From an uncultured Planctomycetales bacterium (GTDB lineage: Bacteria; Omnitrophota; Gorgyraeia; Zapsychrales; JANLHA01), in NCBI GenBank assembly GCA_964635405.1, contig CAZWOH010000002.1:1-43076 (forward strand): DNA of 43,076 nt, in the 5' to 3' direction. The notes beneath the pieces are model-generated. The model was not told the origin of the DNA. It did no database searches and was given only the letters and a program-made list of their open reading frames with translations. Position 1 is the first letter of the stretch, and each line of letters begins with the position of its first letter. The position numbers were made by a program, and so were the translations under genes. Of the stretch, positions 12,401-24,400 are shown piece by piece.

Positions 12401-15400
12401 CCAAGCGTATAAGAGCAATGGTCTTTATATCGTCAACGGTAAACTTGTCATCGCTTCGCAGTTGTCAGCGCTAGAGCGGGCGACTTTGAGTGCCCGTGAT
12501 CAGGCGATGATTCAAGTTGTTGGACCAACCATGCCGCTTTTTGGCCGCTTTATGACTCGCGGACAAATACAGGATTTAGCTAATCGTGCGCTTGCTCCGA
12601 TTGCCGGCAAGCATTTGCCTCTGCAGGCTACGGGTACAGATAGCAATGAGCTGTATCCGTACTATTATGATGCAAATTTAAATAATCGTTATGATGAAGA
12701 TGATCCTATTGTTTATGTTGCCAAAGATCAACAACCGACGGGCTTTGTGGCGCTTGAAGCTTTGTTTGTTGAGCCTTTTGTTCCTGCGACGGGAACGTCA
12801 TTACCTGCGGTTATGCCTTTAGCGCCATCGGGTTCTATGGGGTTGTTTAATGCCTTGCCGCTTTTAGGCAAAGCTGTTAGCGATGTGTTTCGTGCTTCTG
12901 TAGTAGAAGCCGCGGAAATTCCTGTGTCTGTTAAGCCTGTCGCAAAGTCCTATGGTTTGGTATATAACCCGGGTGTTGATTCCGGTATTTTGGAAGTCAA
13001 TGCTGCGGGCAAGAAATTTTTAAATTCCCTTGAAAAACAATATCAGGATAGTTTGGGTGTTGGACGCGCGAAAGATAAAGGCAGTGTTCGTATGACGCCA
13101 GAACTTTTAGCGCAGATTATTAATTTGTCTGCGGGTCGTATTGAAGTTACAGGTGAAGCTGTAGAGAGCGACCTTGGCCAAGCACGATGGCTGGGCGAGC
13201 AAGCGGTCTTTAAGCTTAAACTGACTCGTGATTTAGTCATCAATGGTGTGGTCGTTCTCCCGGCTGGTTCGATTTTAGAATCCGGCGTTCGCGCTAAAGA
13301 AATCTTTGATGCGATCGAAGCTGTTGCCAACATCAAGGGCGATCAGAGCAAACAAGACGTTTTAAAGAAATTACAATCGATCTTTAAGGGCAATGAACAG
13401 ATCGTCAAAGAATTTGTTGACCGTTATTACGGTGCGACGATCGCCCGCACGCCGCAGGGCACAGTCTTCGTCGAGAATAAAGATTTTGTCCGGTATTTTG
13501 ATTTAAATCATGGCGTCATTTATATCAAAGGCGAACCGGTCTTGCGCGACGGCAAGCCGGTTTGGGAAAACGGTCGTCAGGTCTTTAAACTTTTATCCAG
13601 CCGTGAAATTCGACTTTCCGACGGGACATTGATTCCAGCGGGCACGGTGTTGGAGACCGGCAGCGGCACTAATGAGCTTCTTAACTTATTAACAGCGGTC
13701 AGCGCAGGCTCAAAGTCAAAGGATTTCTTGCGTCAGGAAATAGTCAAGCGCCGTGAGACCTTTGGCATTGATAAACAGACAGCGCAAGAGTTTGTCGAAA
13801 AATATTACGGCGGAGTCATGGCTCGGGGTGTCACGCACACGGTCTTTTTGAGCGCCCGTGAAGCGGCGCAAGCCTTTATCAATTTAAAGATGGGCCGCAT
13901 TGCTATCAGTGGTCAACCGGTCATTATGGATGGTCGGCAGTTGCTTAAGAATGACAAGCCAGTGTATAAGCTTTTGACAGTCGGCGAAAAAGAAATTGCC
14001 GGCCGCGTGACCTTGGCAGGGAATACGGTTTTGGAGGTTGGCGTAGAATTTCAATCTTTGCTTGATCTTCTTGAGGGCACAGCAAATAGCGAGAAGAGTA
14101 AGGAAGAAATACTTGTGCAGTTGATGGAGCATGGTTCATTATTTGAAGAAAAGTCTTCTGGCCCCTGGGGCATGATTGGCTCAATCTTCTACGAGTCAAA
14201 CATCAAATCTTTCGTTAATCGTTTCTACGGTAATCCGCTTTTGCGTGTGTCTAGGGGAAATACTCAAGGAACATTCTTTATGACTGATGAGCAGTTCCGT
14301 CGCTGGATTAGTCTTACAGATGGCTTGATTGATATTAGTGTCGAACCGGTTCTCGTCAACGACCAAGAACTTTGGAAGAGTGGCAAGCAAGTCTTTAAGC
14401 TAACAACAAATAAAGAGATTAAAATTGCTCAAGGAGTAGTTATACCAATTGGAACAGTTGTGGAGATTGGACAAAAATCACGCTCAACAAAGATTCTAGA
14501 TTTGATGCTTATGGTTTCTGAGGGCGGAATGGAAGATGAATCTTTTAATAAAATTGCTTTAGAAAAAGAATTGATGGCTTACAAAGATGTTTTGGATACT
14601 AGCCGGGAACAGATTCATGAATTTATTAAACATTTTTACGGCAATCCGGTGTTGCGGACTAAATATGGAACGGTCTTCGTGCCTGCTGATATGGCTAAGA
14701 AGTTTATTAATTTTAAGAATGCATGGATCAATATTGCCTCTGAATCAGTCAAGAGAGACGGCAAGGATTTATGGGTTGAGGGGCATCAAGTCTTGCGCAT
14801 GATTACTCCGTTTGAGATCAAGCTGGGGGGTAAGGTTATTCCTGCTGGAACGGTTTTGGATGTTGCTCCCGGATCTAAATATGATGAATTGCTCAAAACT
14901 ATTCAGGCTGTAGGAAACGGTATAGCACGGGATTCTGATAAAGAGAAGGCGGATTTAAGTCTGAGGCTTTCGAAATTTAAAGATGAGTTGGGTGCTGATG
15001 AAGCTAAAATTAAACAGTTTGTTGAGAATTATTATGGTCATGGTTTTTTTCAGGTGAGTAATGGTGCCCAAGTTGGCACTTATTTAGTCAGTGAAGAAAA
15101 TTATCGTCAGCGGATTAATCCGGGCAACGGGTGGACTTATCTACATGGTGAACAGCTCGTCGAATCTGTAGATGCCCAGACGGGTATTAAAAAATATCGT
15201 CATGGCCCCGATGGAGAGGAGATTTATCTACTGCGCACTATTCATCCCATGGATGTGAATGGTGGCGACAAACTTCCTACGGGGGTTTTATATGAGCCAG
15301 GGATTAAGTCTTTGGCTGCAGAAGAATTAACAGCCCTGCGCAAGAAGGGCTTGGAATCTGGAATTTTCCATACTGATAAAGGTTCCAGAGTCGGTGATGC

Positions 15401-18400
15401 GCAGACTCCCGCTCAAGTTATTGATTATGTCCATGGTCGATCTTATTTGACGAGTAAAGGTCCTAAGGAGGCGCTCAAGGTAACCAAGGACACCGTTATC
15501 ATTAATGGGGAGGTTGTACATGTGCGGGATGCAGTTTTTGAATTTTCCAGTGTCAAGGATGGGATTATCACGAAACAGCAATTTATCGATGCGGGCTTAG
15601 ATGCAGAAAAAATTATTAATGCCTTAATTGATAGGGAGTGGATGGAAAATATTTCTGAAACAAATGTGCGTTTAATACAAAACGTTGAAGCTATTCGTGG
15701 CCAATTAAAGAAATTGTTCCCAGCTGATTTTGAAAAGATATTTAGTATTTTAGAACAGTCCCAGTATACGCCTATTGCTTTGGCATTTAAGAATTTAGAA
15801 GCGAAGTTTCCTCGAGGATACATGCTGGTAAAGGAAAATGAGTGGACTCAGTATGTTGGATTAAATGAGTCGATACTGCGAGGCATGTTGTTAGGCACAA
15901 ATGGCAAGATGGTTATTGAACCTGTCAAAAATGAAAAAGGCCAATTGCAATTTGCTTACCAACTCACAAATGTGACATTGTCCGACGGACGGTTTAAGGA
16001 AAAGACGTTTGTTCAGTTTACTGATGAATCTTTTAAGATTTTGACAAACCTCTTAAAAGCTCAAGGCAACTTAAACAGCTATGGCTTGGTTCGCACCGTT
16101 TCCGGGCAACAGTTGCCATTGACTGCACAACTTCTTAAGGAATGGAATACACGCATTAATGGGGGCTTTCTTGACACTGTTTTTGTGAAAGGCAAGGCGG
16201 TTAACGAAAAGGATAAATATGAATGGCGTGTAGATCATCAAGGACATGAGTTAGATGGTGCGCGGGTGAATCTTGACCTTGCGGGATTTATTTATTTAGG
16301 AATTTTAGACAAGATACAACAAGAAGGACAGGCCGTTGACCACAAGGGAGAGACTATTGTAGCTCAAGCTGTGACTTCCGATAAGAAGCGGGCCTTACCC
16401 CCGATCACCGAGCCAATTTACCGTAAGCTTCAGAGTAAGACAGGATGGAATGGAATTTTTGTTGAGTATAGACATATTGAGATTGAGAAGGAAGGGTTTG
16501 TCTATTTCTTTGATGCTAATGGTGACGGTGAATATAATGATGGCGAAAAGATGATTGTGACTTATGATCCTCCGCTAGGCGCTTTACCCTTGTTGGCCGC
16601 AGATGTGCAGGTTAATAAAGCTGGTAAAAAATTGCTTCAGGCGTTGAGCGCCGAAGAGTTTTCAGTGTCTCTTAAGGACGGCCGTTCTTACTTTATTAAC
16701 AAGGAACAATTTAAGGATCTTATAAACGATAAAGCGCAAATTCGTCAAGCGATTAGGGCAGGACGCTTGACCCGTGATTCCCAAATTTCTCAAATTACCA
16801 AGTTTGATCAGGATGGCAACCCGAAGGTTCGTTACTATTTGTCTGAAACTTGGGAAAAGTCCAAAGCCCAGAAGGCTGGAGGAATTATTGCCGAAGTTCA
16901 AATTAAAAAAGTTGGATTAGATTGGAACGACGTTTCCAAGAAATTGATTGAAAATGGTTGGGCAACCAAAATTGAACAAGATAAACTTAAAATTGATTTA
17001 GAGATGGACTTGGAAAAGAAAAAAGGTCAGATGTTGGCTGTTTTTGGTAAAGATTTCCCAACGATTTTGTCGATGATACAACAATCCCGCAACTTAAAGG
17101 GCGCTAAAGCAACGACGATGCATGAGGTTATGCCTGACGGAACTCTTGGGGAACAGATTGGTGAATCGGCGCCTTTAAATAATATGAAGTTAAAGAAACC
17201 AATTGTAATGGCAGAAAAAATATTTTCAGTTCAGGAGGCTACATTTAAGTCTCAAGCGCGGGAATTTATGATTGATGTCAACATTATCGTTCGTCGTACT
17301 GCTAATGGAGCTTTGGAAAAGATCGCGGGCGTTAACGCTAAAGGGGACACCATCCTTGATTTTTATCCTGCCGAAAAGAATATAGAGAGAAAAGATGGTA
17401 ATGACGTTAAGGTCGACGGAAAAGTCTTCGTTGGTCGTATCGATGAAAAAGTCCGACCTATTTATTATTACAGAGCAAAAGGAAATAATTTTGAGATTCT
17501 CAACCGCAATGGTGATCTGGTTGAGAATGATGCTAGTAAGTTGGTCGGTTACGCAATTTTGCAAGAAGGATATAGTTTAAGTGATAAGCTTCCTGAGTTT
17601 ATTAAAGAATATTTAGCGGGGCGGGACTTTATTATTACGGCTGAACTCAATGAGAAAGGTGAGTTTAAGAAAGGCTTCGTCATTGACCGTGATGGTAACC
17701 GCACTATGGCGCAGATTGACAAGCTTTTGCATACGAATAAAGCTGGTCGAGATCAGTACACGATTCAATTTATGTCGGAAGATGAAGACATTGTTGGGCG
17801 TAAACAAAGAAATGGTGAGAAGGACATTGAGTATAATCTCGCTAATTATAAAGCTGTGCTAATTGATAAAACATATCAGGTTTTAAATCCTGAAGATGAA
17901 GAAGAGTATGTTCTTCGGTCTAGTAAAGAGAAAATTGGTAGTAATGCAATGAATCAGCGTCTTGAAGAGGCATTGAACAAGGCGACTCATAGTGATGTTA
18001 GGCTCAAGGAAAAAATCCGTTTGGAATTTAATGAGGGTATTGAGGTTATTGAAAATAATTTAGGTATTAAAGAAAACATGGGACATAAAAAAGGACAGGC
18101 CAAATTTGATAAAGCAGATGTCGAACGTTCTTATGGCCTTGGGTCTGCGGAATATCGCGTTAGGGGCGATCAGCAGGCGCGGATTTTACTCGCGGTCATT
18201 CGTGATGAGAAAAACCAAAGCGGTGTACAGGGCCAAGATGTCATTATCAATGTTAAGTGGGACGGGACATTGCCTGTGAAAGGCTATAAAATTTCAGCCT
18301 ATGGGATCGTTAGTACCGTTGAACCCAGGAAAGACGAAGTCACTAAAAAAACGGTCAAACTTCCGCTTAAAGCTGTGGCCAATGGGCATACTAAAGAATT

Positions 18401-21400
18401 TGAAGACGCTGTTGTTAAGCAGGATGAGCTGTTAGTCGAAGTCTTAGAAACCCCGTGGCATCAGCAGACCAATGGTTTGTATGAAGAATCCAAAGCGTTA
18501 GCGGTCAGTCGGTATCTCTTACCTAATGATCCTTGGAATCGTTCTTTAGCCAAGAGAATGCCGTCCGGCGAAGTTGCTCTCGATCAATTAAATAAAGATC
18601 AAGGGAAATACGATCTCTCTCCCGGTCAGTACGTGACTACGCCGAATATTAAAGGTTTCTCATCGGAAGCTAATCTTTTGCGTCAAACAGAATTTATCGG
18701 TATGTTCGATGAAGATGGCGACGGAATAAAGGAGACAGCTCGCTACAAAGCTACCAAAGAGGCTATTGAGAAAACCCAATTCGTTATGATCGGATACAAC
18801 CTTAAGACAGGGATATATTATGAACAACGTCGATACGTTGATAAGACTTTGCGTGTGTATTATTTTGATGGGTTTCCGCTTTTTGTTAATTATATAGATA
18901 ATCCTTACGCGGATTATCCTAAAGAGTATCAGTTTAGTAGCTTAGAGAACAGAGTATATACCGATGAAAAAGGTGATGTTTATTATATCGTGATCGAGCA
19001 TTTGCAGACGCGCGATATTTTTGAGCGATCCAAGAATTGGATTTCTGGTGAGACCGTAGTTTTATTTAAAAATGGTAAGCGTGTTTATACTTCCGATCGG
19101 TTTAAGGGGCAGACTTCGCCGTATTTGACGACGTTTAGTTTAGAAGACGTATTGCGCAATTCTATGGTTGGTCAAGCTGTTAGCCCTAATGAGTTTAAAG
19201 AAATTATGGCCGCTGCCCGTAAAGGTAAGCTTTTAGAGTTTGATGTTGCAAAGCAAAATCCTGCTAAAGAGCCTTATGTGGGTGAAGGCACAGACAGTTG
19301 GACGAACTTTGCTTTGAAAGTTTTAGGGCCAGGATTATTGTGGGTAGTTGCTGCAATCTTTGGTATACCGGCGGTGTATTACGCTTTAATCGCTTTCGCA
19401 TTGTGGTTTTATCGTGTAGTGATGGGTAAACGTGGTCAGGTCCGGATTAATGATCCGATTTTGGATGATTTGACTGGCATGGGCTTTACTCCGGCTCAAG
19501 CTCAATTTATTATTCGCGACTGGAGCATTAATGGGGCGTTTAAAGGGCCGAAAGATTTTCGTCTGCGCATGGCGGGTGATCGTGTGTCTGAATTTAACCT
19601 TGCTAATTTACACATTGAGTCTTCTAGCCCCGAAGGCTGGGCTGTGAAACATATTATTAAGCGCTGGATTACCCGGACACGTTTTGCAGGTGCATTAAAA
19701 CACGCCGCACATTTTGATTATGGTTATACTCGTCGTGAAGGTGAAAAGTTCAATGGATTTAGCAAGGGTGATTTAATTAATTTAAGCAATGCTGCAAACA
19801 AGAGCGCTGCGGATTTTGCGCAAGCTTGGGGTGCCTTGTATCAGGTGTCGGCTGAGGAACAATCAGGTTTTGTATCGTTTACGACGATGGTGACAACTGC
19901 TGGATATATTTCTGAAGATGAGATTCGCAGTGTGGTTAACAGTAATTTTATTACTTCATTTGTAGGCAAGGTCAGTACTCGCCGCGCTGCTCAGATTATT
20001 TTGCGTAAGATTTTTGCGATAGTCCGCGATTCTCAAAATTATAACGAAGCCCTTGAGGCGCGAGTCGATGAACTTATGAAATCGACCGGAATGGATAAAG
20101 TTTTTTCGGATCAGGATTTTACTTTAAAATCTACCTTTTTGAAAAATATTCAGAATGCTCGCCTCTTGCCCGCCGGGTTAAGCTTGCACGACTTTGATAT
20201 TACATCTAAGAATGGTCTCCTTGCTTATAGCTGGGACGATTTGCACAAAAGCCCGCCGTCGGATCGTCAAATGGTTAATGCTTTAGTCTCAATTGAGAAG
20301 TTGTTTATTATGCAGATGGTGTTGCAGAGATCGCTTTTTGGTTTGACGGGTCAAGGTCGTCTTGAGGAATATCTTTGGACTAAACATTTATATCCGATTT
20401 TGAAGAGTAGCGATGTAGAAGACTATATGGATGTTCTTCCAATTATTCGATTTTTTAAAGAGGTTTTTCATCAACTGCTACACAATGAAGTTCACAAGAA
20501 GTTAGACGAAGTTCGCGATCCTAAGGGCAAGATCGTTTATATGCAGCAGATATTTAATGAAGAATTGCTTAATGATGCTTTTCGTTATTTATTGGGCGTC
20601 AAGGATCCAAGTCTTTCGGATGAGACGTGGATTTTAAGCGATAAAGTAATAAGTGAGATTCAACCTTTGGCGCAAGAGATCAATCGTTATTTCGATGCTC
20701 ATGTTCAATTTTTCCGTCAAAATAATGGCTTAGCTGAGTTTTCAGCAGAAAGTGTTAAAGAGCTTTTACAAGACGAAAGTGTCAAAAAGATTATTAATCC
20801 TGATGAAAAGTTGTTGACAAAGGACGAACTTGACCAACTTGGTGAAGGCGATAAATCGGTTTCTAGGAGTTTGGTTGAGAAAATTATTATTATTCGTGCA
20901 AGTATGCGTTTGGAGCCGATTCTTAAGGCTTTTGTCAATGTTGTGGATAAGGAAATCAAAATGCCGGTGGCTAAGAATCGGTTGGCTGTTTGGATGATTC
21001 ATTTGGTCCCAGTTATAAAGATGGTCTTTAGTTCCAAATGGCGCAAGAGAATTTTCTCCTCCGGTGGTCCGTATAATCAGACAGCCAGAGATTTCTTGCG
21101 TCGGTTTAATCATTATATTTTATTTGGATCAGTCACGGGATTGTTTGTTTATTTGAGTATGCATGCAGTGGGATATTTTAGTCATGTTGGTGTTTCTGCT
21201 TCTATTACATTGCCGACAGCTATGTTGGGGGTCCCAATATTTGTTCTTTTAAGTTTGCTCTTTTTTGGGGTAGTTTTAAAGGCAATTCGCAAGAATTTTG
21301 ATAAAAAGAGAAACGATATTACAAGCGGCACAAAGACTCCCGCACAGAAGGCCGAGCTTTTAGTGAAAGCGAATAACACCTTCAAGCTTTGGTTACAAAT

Positions 21401-24400
21401 CTTTTATGGTGGGCAATTGGTTATTTTAGCTGTTCTCTTTATTTTGGGAATTAGCGGAGTAGCAGTGAGTGAGATAATTCCTGTTTCTATTGTCCTTGCT
21501 ATTCCGGATGCAATTAAACAGATTTTGTTGTTTATTCCGTATTTGATTTTTATTGCGACTTGGCGTTTGAGTTTTTATGCGGCTAACTATTTCTTTATGG
21601 GCATTGCAACCTGGGGATCGCATATTGTTAATAACACGTATGAGCTTAATAACAGAAACAAGCCGGATCAGATTAAAACGGCCTTAAAGAAATTGTTGAC
21701 CGATCCGACGCCAGCGTTATTAACTCGCGAATCTGGTCAAAAAATGCCATCGCGTGGGCATGAACGCGTTGAGGCTTTCAAGATCGTGTTGAGGGAATTA
21801 GGTGGTGATGAGGATTATTACTATTTGATTAGCAAAGAAACAATTGTGGATTTTGAGGAAGGCAAAATTGATATCAATGTTATGGCCGACAGGATTGTCG
21901 ATGAGTTAAGTGGAAAGCTTTATGATCAAAATGATTTAGTAGGTCAGGATGCTAAGACCCAAAATGCCATTATTTCTGCTAAGCGTGAGTGGAGCTTGTT
22001 GCGTTTAATTGAATGGATTAATGATCAATATCGCCTTGATCGAGGGTTAGAGCCGATGAATTGGGACGAAGTTCTGCCCGTAAGTCAGATTATGGAAGCG
22101 GCTGCCGAGGATCTCTTTTATACACCCGAGCAACTTTTGACGTACGACCCTACTGATAAAGACGTTTCTTACATGACCCACCGTTTAGGGATGTTGGCTC
22201 AAGCAAGGACAGAACTCTTTTTGTTGATGATAAAGCGTTTATTGCCAAGTTTGACTATACAAAAAACAAGAGAATTAGTAGAAAAAGATTTTTCGACTGA
22301 AGCTTTAAAACCGATTAAGGCGAGTTTTGATAGATACTTAAGCCAGTTTAACGAAAATGATGAGGCATTTAGAGATTCAGTACGAAAAGAATTGCAAAAG
22401 ATGATCACAGATGGCCAATATTTACCTCTTGCGATTAGTCAAGAAAACAAAGCCGTGCTTTTAAACGCTAAAAAATCATTGGTATCTTTGATGGTTTATT
22501 GGAATATTTGGCCAGAGATTCAACGCTGGGCTACTTTCCAACTCCCAACGATGTGGGCCAATGCTCGTTCTCAGAAACGTACTTTAACGAAATTATATAG
22601 TTATTACGCCCAGATGTTTGGTATGCCTAACGATAAAAGTACTCATGAAGAAGTTGAGAAAAAAATCCGTGTGATTAATAGGCATTTGGGTAGTTTTGCT
22701 GCTATGGATGCAGCATTGGGTGGTAAGCTTCGTGAAGTTATCGATGCTTTAGAGCGGACACATTATAAGGAAACATTTTATGTGGATGAAACAGGGAAAG
22801 TATATGGGTTTGAAGACGCAGTTGAATTCCTTCGTCAAAAGAATTCTGTTTGGGGAGAGATGATGGATCTTGTTAAAAATGATCGAGTTTTTCCAGCCTT
22901 TCATAAAGGTGATGTTCGTGGGAAAGGGGAGATAACCGAGATTTATCATTCAGAAAAATGGAATACCAAGACTGTGGCTATGCCCTATTTTATCGGTCCA
23001 GTTTTGTTGACCGTTGATGCTGATCATCGTGCGAGTTTGGCTGGACAGAATGGGTTTGCAGCTGCTTTGATGGATTTCTTTTATCAGCCCGGTATGGCCG
23101 CTGCGATTCCTGTGGTGCATCAGGATCTTACTAAAGGTGTTGGCCCCTTAGGTGACGTCGTCCCTGTTGGTGAAAATGCATTTTATTTTCATACTCAGCA
23201 GGGCAAAATGTTGTTTGGCGGCTTAGGGGCTTATGGAAAATTCTTTGAGCGCGTCACGCCGATGCGTTGGTCAGAAGGCATCACAGATTCTTACGTTGCT
23301 GAGGATATCGAAACCGTTTTGCGTTATCGAGGGTTTGGTTATACGGTTGGGCGTACTTCATATATCAAAACTGAAAAGGGATGGCCGAATCAGTTTACGC
23401 AGGCTCGTAATCCGACCCGAAAGTGGTCGTATGATTCTGTAGAATCGGTTACTGGCCGCACGCCGCTTAAGCTTTTATTATCACCGTATGTTGATTGGCC
23501 GTATCGTATTAATAATTTTATTCTTGATGGTTTTGGATTTTATTTTAAGAAGCCGATAGTCAATCGCTACATTAAGTGGTTGGTGGTTTTTTCTTTAATC
23601 TTGGACTGGAATTTGTTTAGCGGCCTTGCTCTGGGGCTGTGGGTAGGAGCGTTGTTGTTATCGCAAGCGATTAGTTTTGGGTTGTTATTCTATAATAATT
23701 ATGATCAAGCTTTAGGTTTTTGGCGTGGGTTGTGGCTGACATTTAAAATGGTTTCTGGCAAGATGTATTGGTTTTATTTGTATATGCTTAAAACTTATGA
23801 AGAGACGATTGGTCTTTTGGCGGCAAACCGGTTAGGGAGATTTCTTTCGACCGCAGGGAAGGCAGGAAACATTTTGCGTACCCCGGATTGGCGCGAACTT
23901 TACAAGATTACCTTTTTCTCGCAAAAAGCGGGAGCTCTATGGCTCTTGGTTTCGTTAGTGGCTATTGGCTTTCATCCGTTTAAGAGTGTTTTATGGATAT
24001 TGACCTTACTCTTTCCTTTGGCAGCTTTGATTGCCCCGTATGTTTTTAATCCAGCTCGCCCAGAGGCTAACATACAAAAGAGAATATCGATGCTTGCAGC
24101 TATCCCAGTTTTAGGAATAATTTCTGGCGCAATCCTGTGGGCTGGGTCTTGGGTTCTTGGGCTTGCATGGGTGGAGTTGCTTATTCTATATGTTAGAGTT
24201 AACTTAAAAAATCAAGCGATCACGGTGAATTTCAATAAAGATCGTTGGGAAAATGTTTGGCATATTCTTTTGGGCTTTTTCTGGGGATTAACGGATGTCA
24301 TTATGGCGGCGCATTATAAATTATCTCGTCTCTTCCCTTGGAATCGTAGAGAGGAAGATCGTTTGCAGGCATATATTTGGGAGTATGGCAAGCAAGTTCA

